From: a virus
Taxonomy: Duplodnaviria; Caudoviricetes
Direction: 5' to 3' (one strand)
Virus record (IMG/VR): IMGVR_UViG_3300031787_000162
Coordinates: 1 to 53,874 of that record
Length of the DNA: 53,874 bases
Numbering within the stretch: the stretch's first letter is position 1; each line of letters begins with the position of its first letter. The notes below the pieces were generated by a model. The model had not been told where the DNA came from and made no database searches. It was given only the letters and a program-made list of their open reading frames with translations. Made by a program: the position numbers and the translations under genes. Below, one piece after another: positions 18,059 to 28,494 of this stretch.

Positions 18059-18890
18059 TAACAATTTTACTGTAAATATTGATGGCATAGATACTGTTTT
18101 TGAAATTAAGGCCACTAATGTTAATGAGCAAAGAGAAGCTCAAAAAATATATAATCAAGCATTCTCCGATGCTGTTAAATCTGGTTCTATAGTTAGAGCA
18201 AGACTCGACGATTTGCTTAAAGAGCAAGGTTTATGGGATGATAAAAAAGAGTTACAATTTGTCACTGTACAAAAACAAATAGCTAATAATGATAAATTAT
18301 TATCTAAGGGCGGCATATCTCTTAAAAAGGCTAAAAGTTTAGCATTGGAAATTAAAAAATTAAGAGAAGAACTACGAGAATTAATCTCGGTTAAAACTAG
18401 TTTAGACACTCATACCGCTGAAGGTCAAGCTGATAATGCACGATTCAATTATCTTGTTTCGGCCTGTGTGGTGTATAAAGATACTAAGAAACCATATTTT
18501 AAAGGATATGATGACTACATTAATAGGTCAACCGATCCTGTTGCCTTATTAGGTGCTCAAAAATTAGCCTCATTAATGTATGGATTGGATAGTGATTTTG
18601 AGAAAAAATTACCAGAAAATAAGTTTTTAATTAAATATAAATTTGTTAATGAAAACTTAGAATTGGTTGACGAAAAAGGCAGATTGGTAGATGAAGAGGG
18701 TAGATTATTAGATAAAAATGGAAGATTTATTAATGAAGATGGTAAATTTGTTGATAAAGATGGTAATTTAGTGGATGATAGTGGAGAATATATTGTTGAT
18801 TTTCAGCCATTTTTAGACGATGAAGGTAAACCAGTACTGGTGGATAATAATAATGATTCAAATCCAACATCAGAATCAACAAAAGACTAA
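18051..18890 (+). CDS. Putative tail assembly chaperone with 7-aa DxxG repeats
   Basis: SD GGAGA favours ATG 18051; directly upstream of the tape measure; C-terminal heptad repeats. Confidence 0.5.
   Translation: MFDNNFTVNIDGIDTVFEIKATNVNEQREAQKIYNQAFSDAVKSGSIVRARLDDLLKEQGLWDDKKELQFVTVQKQIANNDKLLSKGGISLKKAKSLALEIKKLREELRELISVKTSLDTHTAEGQADNARFNYLVSACVVYKDTKKPYFKGYDDYINRSTDPVALLGAQKLASLMYGLDSDFEKKLPENKFLIKYKFVNENLELVDEKGRLVDEEGRLLDKNGRFINEDGKFVDKDGNLVDDSGEYIVDFQPFLDDEGKPVLVDNNNDSNPTSESTKD
18642..18830 (+). repeat. 21-nt / 7-aa degenerate coding tandem repeat
   Basis: FVNENLE LVDEKGR LVDEEGR LLDKNGR FINEDGK FVDKDGN LVDDSGE ... FLDDEGK. Confidence 0.8.
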
Positions 18891-18920
18891 AAATAAATTA
18901 TATCATATATTTCATAACTT

Positions 18921-18963
18921 ATATCCCCATAGAGTATTTCTATTGGGGATATTTGTTTTATTT
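18921..18963 (+). terminator. Terminator-like hairpin before the tape measure gene
   Basis: ATATCCCCA-TAGA-GTATT-TCTA-T-TGGGGATAT followed by TTGTTTTATTT. Confidence 0.65.
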
Positions 18964-18974
18964 GGAGTTAAATA

Positions 18975-21900
18975 ATGGCAGCAGCATTTAATCTAACAGC
19001 TCAAATTAATTTAAGAGGCCCAGCCAATATTAAACCTATTGTATCTAAAATACAAAAGGATATTAATAATGCTAAAATTAAACTAAATCTAGATGTTAAT
19101 CAAAATGCAGCTAAAAGCATAACATCAATTACTACTCGACTAAACAATCTATCTAAAGCCGCAATTAGTGCTAATACAAATATTAGTAATTTAAATATAT
19201 CACTTGGCGCAATGGTTGCGTCACTTAATAATATTAATTCAGCAGCAACAGCCAATGTAAATAGTATAGCTAAAACTAGTAGAGCAGTATCGTCTGCTGG
19301 TAAATCTATTTCTCAAACTCGTACTCAAGTAGAAGAATTCGGCAAGCAATCAGGTTTGGCTATTAAAAGATTTGCAGCATTTAGTACTGTTACAACTATA
19401 GTTTATGGATTAGTCAATGCTTTTGATAGTGCATTTAAGGAATTTTTTAAATTTAATCAAGAAATTGTAAGATTATCACAAGTTACCGGAAAATCAGTGT
19501 CCGAATTGGGTGATGTTAGTAAAGAGATCACTAGATTGTCTACTAGTCTTGGTGTAGCGTCTTCTGACTTATTAACCGTTGCTACAACTTTAGCACAGGC
19601 TGGTTTATCAGCAGAGGATACTAAAATAGCTTTGGAAGCATTGGCTAAATCTGCACTCGCTCCATCATTTGATAGTTTAACAGATACTACAGAAGGAGCT
19701 ATTGCAGCATTAAGACAGTTTGGTTTGCAGTCTAAAGAACTAGATTCAGCATTAGGTAGTATCAATGCTGTTGCTGCTGCATTTGCTGTTGAAGCTAGCG
19801 ATATTATTGCTGCGATTCAGCGTACTGGTGGTGTGTTTGCTTCTGCTAGTAGGGGTGTCAGTCAGGGAACAGATGCATTAAATGAATTTATTGCTATCTT
19901 TACTAGTGTTCGTGCTACTACTCGTGAAAGTGCAGAAACAATTGCAACTGGTTTAAGAACTATTTTTACTAGAATTCAAAGAACCAAAACAATTGAACAA
20001 TTAAGAGAATTTGGTATCGAGCTTCAGGACACAGAAGGTAAATTTATTGGATTATTTGAGGCTACTAGAAGATTAAGCGAAGGCTTAAGCAAGATAGATC
20101 CAAGAACAGCAGAATTTGCTACAATTACAGAAGAACTTGGTGGATTTAGACAAATTGGTAAGGTTATTCCATTAATTCAACAATTTGCCGTTACTGAACA
20201 AGCCTTAGCAGTAGCCCAAAAGGGTTCTACATCAACAGCAAAGGACGCATTAGTGGCCCAACAATCTTTAGCTGTGCAGTTTGCTCGCACTAGAGAGAAT
20301 TTCCTTGCATTAGTAAGAGAGATTGGAGATAGTACATCATTTAAAGCTTTCGTGACGGTATCTTTAACATTAGCTGATTCTTTTATTAATTTAGCTAGAG
20401 CATTAAAACCAATATTACCTCTTTTATTAACATTTGCAAGCATTAAGGTTGGAGGAGCTTTAACTGAATATTTTTCAGGATTTAAAACAGGTTTATTCGG
20501 AGGCGGAGGTCCAGCCGGAGGTGGTGGTATTACTCCATCAGGAGGCGGAGGTGGCGGCGGTGGAACTAGAGGCGGTGGAGGTACTGGCGCAGCAGCATTA
20601 TCAGCTAATACTTCATCTTTAAATACTCTTGGGCAAACATTAACATTATTAAATCAATCTATATTAGCTTTAAATCAAAACATAGTTAATACTAATAGCT
20701 TATTATTAAATAGACCAGTCAGAGGTTTTGCTAGTGGAGGCTTAGTTCCTGGTAGTGGTAATAGCGATACATTTAGAGCAAATTTAACTCCTGGTGAATT
20801 TGTTATTCGTAAAAGTGCAGTGCAAGCTATTGGTATTGAAAATTTAGCTAGAATGAATAGTGGTGGAGAAGTTCAAAAATTTAAAGATGGTACTAAAGGA
20901 AGAGGAGTTAAAAGACGCAGAGGCGCTCGTAGTAAATTTATTGAATTATCTCCCGAAGAAGTTGATCGTCTTTCTACCGAAGATTTTATTAAATATGCTA
21001 AAGCACAAGCATATGATATAATGACTACTGGAGGTAGCGGTATCGCTATTGGTAGAGAATTTATTGAAGTACCAGAATCTAAAATTACTGCTGATCTTGA
21101 GAAAGATTTAACCATTGGTCCAGATGGAAAGAAAGGATTTTTTAGAGAAAAAATTGCTCCATTTGGATCACAAATAGCAACCAAAGCACCAAAATCAGAT
21201 ACACAAAAAAGAAGAGAAAGATTTTTTGATAGAGGACGAGAATTATTGATGGCTGCTGCTCAGGGAATTATGTCTCCCGCTAGCGCACTATCTAAAGAAA
21301 AGAAAGCTGAATATGCTCCAGAATTAGAACAAGTTATTAGTGACTACGGCTTATCACTAGCTGCTATTCCTCGTATGAAAGCAGAAACGGCTAGTGCTAC
21401 TTCTACACTATTAGATACTATTAAAAATCCGTTATCTTCTTTTAGACAAAGCGGTGGTAAAACTAGTTTAGCTGGAGTATTTCCAGGAAATTCAGCTGAA
21501 AAAATTAAATTAGCTATACCAAAATATATAGCATCATTAGGAGATAGTGAACCACAAAAAGTAGCAAAAGCAAATACGGCTTTACAATATTTTGATAGTT
21601 TTATTAGTGGAGGCGTAGCAGCTAAGCCAGGACACGCTACTGCATTTACAGAAACAATCAATCAACTTTTAAAAAGTGGACTAGTACAAGAATTCGCCAG
21701 AGGTGGATATGTACAAAAATTTAAGGAAGGCTCCACAAGTAAGGGAGTACTAGCGCCACTAAAAGATAGCGATATACTTAAGAGCATATTTGGAAATGAT
21801 ATTGTGGACGATAATGGCAATATAACTGCTCCTAATCCTATTGTTCTTAAACAAGGCTCAAACAAGGGTCAATCAATACCAAGAATAGTAACGCCAAATG

Positions 21901-24900
21901 ATATTAGAAAAAATAATAAAAATGCATTAAATAGTGGTTTGGATATAACAAAAATAAAACAAGCGCAAGATAAACTAACCCAAAAAAGTGTAGCGGTATC
22001 AGAAGCTAAACAAGCTTTACAAACCCAAGCATTATTAGGTAAACAGCAAGCTGTTACTGAAGATATTACTAGAGGTCAACAAGGTCTGGCTAATAAAATT
22101 ATGACATTTGGTTTAGTTGGATTAAGATATGGTTCTGGAGCTAAAGGAGAATCGTCTTTAGGTACTTTTCCTGTTGAAGTTCCACCCGCATTTTCATCAA
22201 AAGATTATCAAAATATTAGAGGAATAAATGTTGGTACAGCAGATGAGCCCCAACAAAAATTTATTAAAATTATTACTAGCACTATTAGTAGTCAATTAGG
22301 CAAGGACTATGCTGAAAAATTACAAAACATGCTATACACAGGATTTGAATCTTCTGTAGTAAATATAGCTAAAAGCTTGTCTTCTGAGTCTGGTCTTGGT
22401 GCTTCTGTTAGTGATAATTCTAGCCTTATCCAAAAATCTATTGAAAATGCTGGTTTTTATAATGTTGTTGGCGCGGGTCTAGAGTCTGCTTTAAATATAC
22501 TTGGTGCTCCATTAACCTCAAAGGATGAGGATACGAAATCTATTGATTTTCCCACAGGATTAAAGTCAGCATCTAAAATATTTGGATCTGCTTTTACAAA
22601 TATACCAACAGATATTACTAGAACTATTGGTCCAGGAGGTAAAGATGCTACTAAATTTATAGCTCAAATTGAAAGATATTTTAAAACTCCTATGGGTAAG
22701 GCAAATTTAGCATTAAGTAGATTTGCTATGGGTGGTTCAGTTTCCGAAGAAGATACTGTTCCAGCTCTCTTAACTCCTGGTGAATTTGTATTTAATAAAA
22801 AAGCAGCAAAAAGAATTGGTTATGGTAATTTAAATAGACTAAATAAAGCTGATAAAGTACAAGGTTTTAATAAGGGTGGAGTTGTAGGATATGCCCAAGG
22901 TGGTGCTGTAGATATGATAGGAGGTGCTCCTGGTGTGATAGCTGCTATTACAGCGGTTATTTTACCACAAATTGAAAAATTATCATCTAGTTTTGGTAAA
23001 TTAGATGGCACTATAGGTATGTTTGGTACAGCATTGGGTGGGGCTATTAGAGAAGCTAGTAGTTTAACATTAAGTGCTGGCATAGCTTTAAATACTGTCG
23101 GAGCAAGTAAAGGAGTTGTTGCTGCTGGACAAGCTGGTACGGCTATTAGTGGATTAGTTAGTGGAGCTTTAACTGATACTACTGGTAAAGCTTTAGAAAA
23201 AGCATTATTAAAGAATGTAGATATTTTTGGTAAGTTTGATAAAACAGTACAAGCTATTAGTAGTGCTCCAACAGAAGAATTAAGATTGCAGGCCGCGCAA
23301 GATTTACAAAAAACATTTACGGAATTAGATGCTTCTGTACAAAGCACTAAGGGAGAGATTGATAGTTTAGAAATAGCGAATAATTTTGGTTCAGCTATTA
23401 ATGATATTACTTTAACTATATTAACTAGCGTTACAGCTATTACAGCATTAAGTAATGCTGCTAATAAAGCAGCATCAGTTACCGCAGCATATAATGCTGT
23501 GCGTCTACCAGCAAATGTAGCAGGTCCAGTACAAGTTGCAGCTCCTGGTGTTGCGGCACAGTTATTGGGAGCATTCAAGAATCTTATTCCGTGGGTTGGA
23601 GCTGCAATTACTGTTATAGAAGTAGGAGTTCAATTATTTGGAGCTTTTAATAGTGGATTAAAAAAGAGTAGTGAACAATTAGATAGATTATATAAGAATT
23701 TAGATGAAGCTACTAAAAATTCTCAAGCTTTTAGTTTAGCTAACGCTACTTTTGTGGATAAAATTTTACCACAGTTTACTCAACTTAAAAATAGAGGATT
23801 CACTGGAGAGTCTTTAAGAACAGAAGTTGGTCGTACTCCACAAATAGGAGCTATCAATGAATTAAACTTCACATTTAGAACATTATTAAAGAGTAGACTA
23901 GTGGCTGAAGGTATTCCATTTAGCGACATGTCCACTATGCAAGAACTTGTAGATAGTCAACGTAATAATTTGGGTAACTTCAATAGAATATTTGATGAAA
24001 CTACCAAAGATTTTATACAGCGTCAATTTGTAAGAGCAAAAACTGAAACTGGAGATATTACTACAGCAGAAGCAGAAAGACAATTCTTTGCTCTTGGGGG
24101 AGCAAACAGTGATGCTGTAAAAAGAGTTGTTGAGAATTATGTTGGTGCTAAAAACGTAGAGATAGCAGCATTAAGAGAATTAACTAATGCTAATAATAAA
24201 TTTAAATTAAGTTTAGTAACTCTGGATAATGTTTTAGTAACATTAGCTGGTCGTGTAGAAATGTCTCTTGGTAAAACTATGGATCAGTTTGATGACTTAG
24301 AAAGAAGGTTATCTATTCTTGGTGGAGAACCAAGAATTCAGGGTGGAGAAGTCTTAAGAAGACAAATAGGTGTACTCAATAATTTGAGCGGCGCTAGTGC
24401 AGAAGATTTAAGCGCTGTATCTAGTACAGTTTCTGGCTTGTTAAATATTCAAGGATCTTCGCCAGAACAACAAAAACTATTTGAAGAATTAAGAAGTCAA
24501 GTAGAAGCTGCTCGTGTTATACAACAAGAATTGCCAGCCGTATTAAAAGAAATACAATCTTCTCCACAAGGTAGAGCTGGAGATGCTTTAAGAGATCAAC
24601 TAGAAGAAAAATTAGGACCATCATTAAGTAGAATTACTAATGAAGGTGGAGTACTTAAAAAAATATTCAATGAACTAGCAGCTAGTGTTAATAGTACTTT
24701 GGATGGAAATAAAGAATCAATTAATAGTGTTAATGAATTAATTCAAAATAATGCAGCATTATCCGCATTATTAAAAACATCCGAAAAATCACAAAAGGCA
24801 TATTCAGAAATAATAGAAGCTACTGCTAAAATTGAAGATAAATTAAATGAACAAATAAAATTTAGATTGGATCTAGAAAGTAAATTAATTGAATCTACAA

Positions 24901-26696
24901 CACAAAGATTACAATTAGAGGCTCAAGAGGCTAATGAATTAAATAGATTACTAGGAGTTACAGCTTCTTTATCTGATCTTAATAAGCCTTTCGATATTGC
25001 TATTCAACAATTAACTAAGAATATTGGAGGAGGTATTCCACAAGCTGGTACCACAGATCCTAGAGTAATAGTAGCAGAATTAAATAAGCGTAGACAAATA
25101 GCTCAAAGTTTAGATGAAAATATAAAAAAGAATCAAGCAGATATAAAAGCCAAAGCGCCACTCAAAAATTTATATGAAAAAGAAATATCTGCTATAGCAA
25201 GATTGAATCAAGCATTAAATACTATTGCTACTAGTGGAGAAAAAACCAAAAACGCTCTTGATAAGATAGCAGAGGCACAAAATAAATTTGATACTAGTAC
25301 AGAATTATTATTTGAATTTTTAGATGCGGCAGAAAATCCAGAACAATTTATTAAATTACAACAAACCATAGAGTCTATTAATGCGGCACAAACTAATAGA
25401 TTCACAGATGCTGCACAAGCTAGATTATTTAGAACCGAAGGTACAAGATTCTTAAAAGCTAGAGGAGTAAGCGATGCAGAAATTAGAGGACTAGTAGCCA
25501 GAGCAGCTAGGTTTGTAGTTGGTACCGCTAGACCTACTAATGAAGCTGAGCGTAGAGCACAAGTTCAAGTTCTTGGTGAATTATTTGCTGAAGGTAGAAA
25601 TATTGGAGATATTATTGGTTCTTATTTACCAGAAGCATTCAAACCATATTTATCTACAATTTTCCCAAATGCTCCAGGGCTGGCTGTTGCTGCTGGACAA
25701 CAACAAAGAAGAATTGCTGGAGAGGCCATTGAAGCATCATTATTAACACAAATGGAAACTTCCCAACAAGAAACTACCAGAATATTCAATAACTTTAATC
25801 TAGAACTTACAGGACTATTTCCCGCAATAATAGAGAATATTCAAAGAATTGAAGCTCAAACTAGAGCTAGTGAACAAAAACTTATTAGTAGGCAGCAACC
25901 AATACCAGCATTGGCAGAATTTGCTCAACCATTATCAGATATTTTATCTAAAATTAGCCAGCCAACAGTTAAAAACTTTGGGATAGCAGAAGTTGATTTT
26001 ATTCTAACTCCAGGAGCCTTATCTAAAGAACAAGCAAAAACTGTTACAAGTGATTTTGGATCAGCCCAAACAGCAACTGATCAAATCAGAGCTTTAAACA
26101 GGGCTTTATTTGAATTAGATACTACAACAGAGGCTGGTCGAACAGCAGCCGAACAAATAAAGTCTTTAAGAGATGAACTTGAAGCCGCGGCAAGAAAAAT
26201 AAATATTAATAAAGCTGCACAGTCAATGAGTGAACAAATTCAAGGACAAATGGAAAAAGCATTAAGAGATGCGGAAAGAAATAATGGGTCTAGATCTCCA
26301 ACTGTTGCTCCTCCACCACCTGGAGATATTTATAATCTACAACGTAATCGTAATACTCCATCAAGTCAAATATTCGATCAAACAATAGATAAGTTTAGTG
26401 CATCTACGAATGCTATTATTCAACCAATGCAAGACTTGTCAACAAATATGAGCATCTTTAAAACTACTGCTGAAAAACTAAGTGAAACACTAAATAGATT
26501 TAGTGTAGAATTTAATAAAGAAATTAAGGCTAGTATTTCTCATTCTTATACTGGAGATGTTAATCTAAATCTTAATGATACTTTGGATGTTAATATTCAG
26601 AATAATCCAAATAGAGATACTCAATTAGTACAAAATATTTATGATAAAGTAATACCAGTGATGAAAGAAACTATCATGAAAGCTCTTTTAGGATAA
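18975..26696 (+). CDS. Tail tape measure protein (TP901-type core) with internal inserted domains
   Basis: 2573 aa, Ala/Leu/Ser-rich and helical; TP901-like core LAQAGLS...TRESAETIATGLRTIFTRI; two copies of GG..(PG)..D...A.LTPGEFV..K.A. Confidence 0.9.
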   Translation: MAAAFNLTAQINLRGPANIKPIVSKIQKDINNAKIKLNLDVNQNAAKSITSITTRLNNLSKAAISANTNISNLNISLGAMVASLNNINSAATANVNSIAKTSRAVSSAGKSISQTRTQVEEFGKQSGLAIKRFAAFSTVTTIVYGLVNAFDSAFKEFFKFNQEIVRLSQVTGKSVSELGDVSKEITRLSTSLGVASSDLLTVATTLAQAGLSAEDTKIALEALAKSALAPSFDSLTDTTEGAIAALRQFGLQSKELDSALGSINAVAAAFAVEASDIIAAIQRTGGVFASASRGVSQGTDALNEFIAIFTSVRATTRESAETIATGLRTIFTRIQRTKTIEQLREFGIELQDTEGKFIGLFEATRRLSEGLSKIDPRTAEFATITEELGGFRQIGKVIPLIQQFAVTEQALAVAQKGSTSTAKDALVAQQSLAVQFARTRENFLALVREIGDSTSFKAFVTVSLTLADSFINLARALKPILPLLLTFASIKVGGALTEYFSGFKTGLFGGGGPAGGGGITPSGGGGGGGGTRGGGGTGAAALSANTSSLNTLGQTLTLLNQSILALNQNIVNTNSLLLNRPVRGFASGGLVPGSGNSDTFRANLTPGEFVIRKSAVQAIGIENLARMNSGGEVQKFKDGTKGRGVKRRRGARSKFIELSPEEVDRLSTEDFIKYAKAQAYDIMTTGGSGIAIGREFIEVPESKITADLEKDLTIGPDGKKGFFREKIAPFGSQIATKAPKSDTQKRRERFFDRGRELLMAAAQGIMSPASALSKEKKAEYAPELEQVISDYGLSLAAIPRMKAETASATSTLLDTIKNPLSSFRQSGGKTSLAGVFPGNSAEKIKLAIPKYIASLGDSEPQKVAKANTALQYFDSFISGGVAAKPGHATAFTETINQLLKSGLVQEFARGGYVQKFKEGSTSKGVLAPLKDSDILKSIFGNDIVDDNGNITAPNPIVLKQGSNKGQSIPRIVTPNDIRKNNKNALNSGLDITKIKQAQDKLTQKSVAVSEAKQALQTQALLGKQQAVTEDITRGQQGLANKIMTFGLVGLRYGSGAKGESSLGTFPVEVPPAFSSKDYQNIRGINVGTADEPQQKFIKIITSTISSQLGKDYAEKLQNMLYTGFESSVVNIAKSLSSESGLGASVSDNSSLIQKSIENAGFYNVVGAGLESALNILGAPLTSKDEDTKSIDFPTGLKSASKIFGSAFTNIPTDITRTIGPGGKDATKFIAQIERYFKTPMGKANLALSRFAMGGSVSEEDTVPALLTPGEFVFNKKAAKRIGYGNLNRLNKADKVQGFNKGGVVGYAQGGAVDMIGGAPGVIAAITAVILPQIEKLSSSFGKLDGTIGMFGTALGGAIREASSLTLSAGIALNTVGASKGVVAAGQAGTAISGLVSGALTDTTGKALEKALLKNVDIFGKFDKTVQAISSAPTEELRLQAAQDLQKTFTELDASVQSTKGEIDSLEIANNFGSAINDITLTILTSVTAITALSNAANKAASVTAAYNAVRLPANVAGPVQVAAPGVAAQLLGAFKNLIPWVGAAITVIEVGVQLFGAFNSGLKKSSEQLDRLYKNLDEATKNSQAFSLANATFVDKILPQFTQLKNRGFTGESLRTEVGRTPQIGAINELNFTFRTLLKSRLVAEGIPFSDMSTMQELVDSQRNNLGNFNRIFDETTKDFIQRQFVRAKTETGDITTAEAERQFFALGGANSDAVKRVVENYVGAKNVEIAALRELTNANNKFKLSLVTLDNVLVTLAGRVEMSLGKTMDQFDDLERRLSILGGEPRIQGGEVLRRQIGVLNNLSGASAEDLSAVSSTVSGLLNIQGSSPEQQKLFEELRSQVEAARVIQQELPAVLKEIQSSPQGRAGDALRDQLEEKLGPSLSRITNEGGVLKKIFNELAASVNSTLDGNKESINSVNELIQNNAALSALLKTSEKSQKAYSEIIEATAKIEDKLNEQIKFRLDLESKLIESTTQRLQLEAQEANELNRLLGVTASLSDLNKPFDIAIQQLTKNIGGGIPQAGTTDPRVIVAELNKRRQIAQSLDENIKKNQADIKAKAPLKNLYEKEISAIARLNQALNTIATSGEKTKNALDKIAEAQNKFDTSTELLFEFLDAAENPEQFIKLQQTIESINAAQTNRFTDAAQARLFRTEGTRFLKARGVSDAEIRGLVARAARFVVGTARPTNEAERRAQVQVLGELFAEGRNIGDIIGSYLPEAFKPYLSTIFPNAPGLAVAAGQQQRRIAGEAIEASLLTQMETSQQETTRIFNNFNLELTGLFPAIIENIQRIEAQTRASEQKLISRQQPIPALAEFAQPLSDILSKISQPTVKNFGIAEVDFILTPGALSKEQAKTVTSDFGSAQTATDQIRALNRALFELDTTTEAGRTAAEQIKSLRDELEAAARKININKAAQSMSEQIQGQMEKALRDAERNNGSRSPTVAPPPPGDIYNLQRNRNTPSSQIFDQTIDKFSASTNAIIQPMQDLSTNMSIFKTTAEKLSETLNRFSVEFNKEIKASISHSYTGDVNLNLNDTLDVNIQNNPNRDTQLVQNIYDKVIPVMKETIMKALLG

Positions 26697-26702
26697 AATA
26701 TT

Positions 26703-28484
26703 ATGCCAACTTCAACATGCGATGTATCTACAATTTTTTCTGGTGGCGGTCCTAGTAATGCTGGGGCTTCTGTAATGGTTGGAGGTAAGCAATTAATACC
26801 TTCTCCATTCTTAAATATAGCTTTAGAAAAATATAAGGCTGGAGATTTAACTATAGGAGGCGTACTCAAAGTAACTCTTAATGGTAGTGTTGTTGGTAGT
26901 AGTTTTAATGAAGTAGTAACTACTGGTGCTGGTGGGGTTACTGGCTTAAAAGATATATTACAAATAGGACAATATAGAGAATGTGTTTATGTAGAAATTA
27001 AATGTGATAGTACAATTATTAAAGGTTATGGAAGAATCACTTCATTAAATATTAGTGAAGGGAATATGCCTACATGGGTTAATATGGCTCCATATACTAT
27101 TGAAATTGATCTTTATACTAATGATATTGGATTATCTTTTGGTGAACGTCCAGCATATCCTGGTAAAATAGAATCATCGGGCAGCTCATCATCTATTTTA
27201 AATGGATTAATGCTTAATAATTTATCAGAACAATTTTCTGTTAGCATCAATGATGATACATTCAACTGGTCTGGTGGCAGTTATCCTGTCCCAATGTCTC
27301 AATGGTCAGATTTTAAGGGCTGGGGTAATAGACATATTAAGACTAATTTTAGTATAAGCGCTGGTGGTATTAGGGGCTTAACGGATTGTAATGGTGGAAG
27401 TACAGAAACAGGACACACATATGGATTAGCAGCTGCTGAAACATATATTCGTGACAGAATTGAAAAATTACGAGATATAAATATTGCTGGAGTATTTAAT
27501 CCTCCAACATCTGAATTGACCACCGCTTTTGCAACATATACAGGAGGAATATCTCTATTAGATTTTAGAACTATTGATATTAATCCTATAGAAAATAGTA
27601 TTAGCGTTACTGGTGAAATTATATATAGGCCGAGTGGATGTTCTAGTGGACCTGAAGATAAAGTATTTACAACTCTTAATGTGGAACAAAGTTTGGATGG
27701 AGAAGGAGAAACTATTACATTAACGGGCAATATACAAGGATTAGTTGATAATAATTTTGATAAAATTATTAAAATGTCAGCTGGTATATCAGACAATACA
27801 ATTACTAATTGTAATCTAAATGAAAAAATTGGTAATGCTAATAATTTTTTAACAAGATTTGCTAAAGAAGAAAATTTAAAAAGTATTGCTAATTATTATT
27901 ATAATAGTGAGGGTTTTTTTGATAGTGTTGCTAATCGTGGTTATATAAAAGATAATTGTGCCTTGAGCGCTACTAGTGATCCGTGTTCATCGGCATCTCC
28001 ATCACCATCTCCAACTACACCCGAATTATGTGATCTTAGATTAGTTAGTTCACAAATTAATAGAAATTTATCTCAAGGTGAAATTAACTTTACATTTGTA
28101 TTATCTAATAAAGCAAATTGTAATATATTAGGAGCTAAAAAAGTTGATGTAGAAATTACACATGATAAACCAAGAGATAATATAGTAGAATTTATAATAC
28201 CTGGACGAGGAGATAAGGGTGTACTTATTCAAAATCTATGTTGTAAGTCAGCTGAAAAATATGATATAGCCGTAACTGCCACACTCAATAAGAATAGTTG
28301 CAACTTTAATATGTCTCAATCTACTATTCAAGAATTGAGAGCTTGTGCGGAAAAAGTTTTACAAGACTTACAAAATGATAATAATATAAATTTAGATTGT
28401 TGGTTCAAAGTAAATGATCAAGAAACAATAGGTAATAACGTATTTAGACTTAATATGTCATATGTAAAACCATCTTGCCCATAA
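26703..28484 (+). CDS. Tail-tip structural protein (distal tail/hub candidate)
   Basis: Directly after the tape measure; beta-rich and Cys-rich; contains an SDPCSSASPSPSPTTP insert. Confidence 0.55.
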   Translation: MPTSTCDVSTIFSGGGPSNAGASVMVGGKQLIPSPFLNIALEKYKAGDLTIGGVLKVTLNGSVVGSSFNEVVTTGAGGVTGLKDILQIGQYRECVYVEIKCDSTIIKGYGRITSLNISEGNMPTWVNMAPYTIEIDLYTNDIGLSFGERPAYPGKIESSGSSSSILNGLMLNNLSEQFSVSINDDTFNWSGGSYPVPMSQWSDFKGWGNRHIKTNFSISAGGIRGLTDCNGGSTETGHTYGLAAAETYIRDRIEKLRDINIAGVFNPPTSELTTAFATYTGGISLLDFRTIDINPIENSISVTGEIIYRPSGCSSGPEDKVFTTLNVEQSLDGEGETITLTGNIQGLVDNNFDKIIKMSAGISDNTITNCNLNEKIGNANNFLTRFAKEENLKSIANYYYNSEGFFDSVANRGYIKDNCALSATSDPCSSASPSPSPTTPELCDLRLVSSQINRNLSQGEINFTFVLSNKANCNILGAKKVDVEITHDKPRDNIVEFIIPGRGDKGVLIQNLCCKSAEKYDIAVTATLNKNSCNFNMSQSTIQELRACAEKVLQDLQNDNNINLDCWFKVNDQETIGNNVFRLNMSYVKPSCP

Positions 28485-28494
28485 AGGAAAAGAT

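Noticed and set aside
17144-18476. Two intragenic GGTGTATAAAGATA copies as late promoters
   Set aside because: Both encode V-Y-K-D inside CDSs, lack the YA position and are far from start codons; not supported, though not excluded.
16698-18890. Programmed G/GT tail-chaperone frameshift
   Set aside because: Each ORF has its own RBS and start, and I could not identify a convincing slippery site linking them.
20496-20590. GC-rich GGN tract as a repeat element or foreign insertion
   Set aside because: It is an in-frame poly-Gly linker in the tape measure protein.
19457-27796. Long antisense ORFs (e.g. 22820..23578, 27299..27796) and similar short shadow ORFs across the window
   Set aside because: They lie opposite well-supported genes, lack RBSs and motifs, and are the expected result of codon bias on the coding strand.
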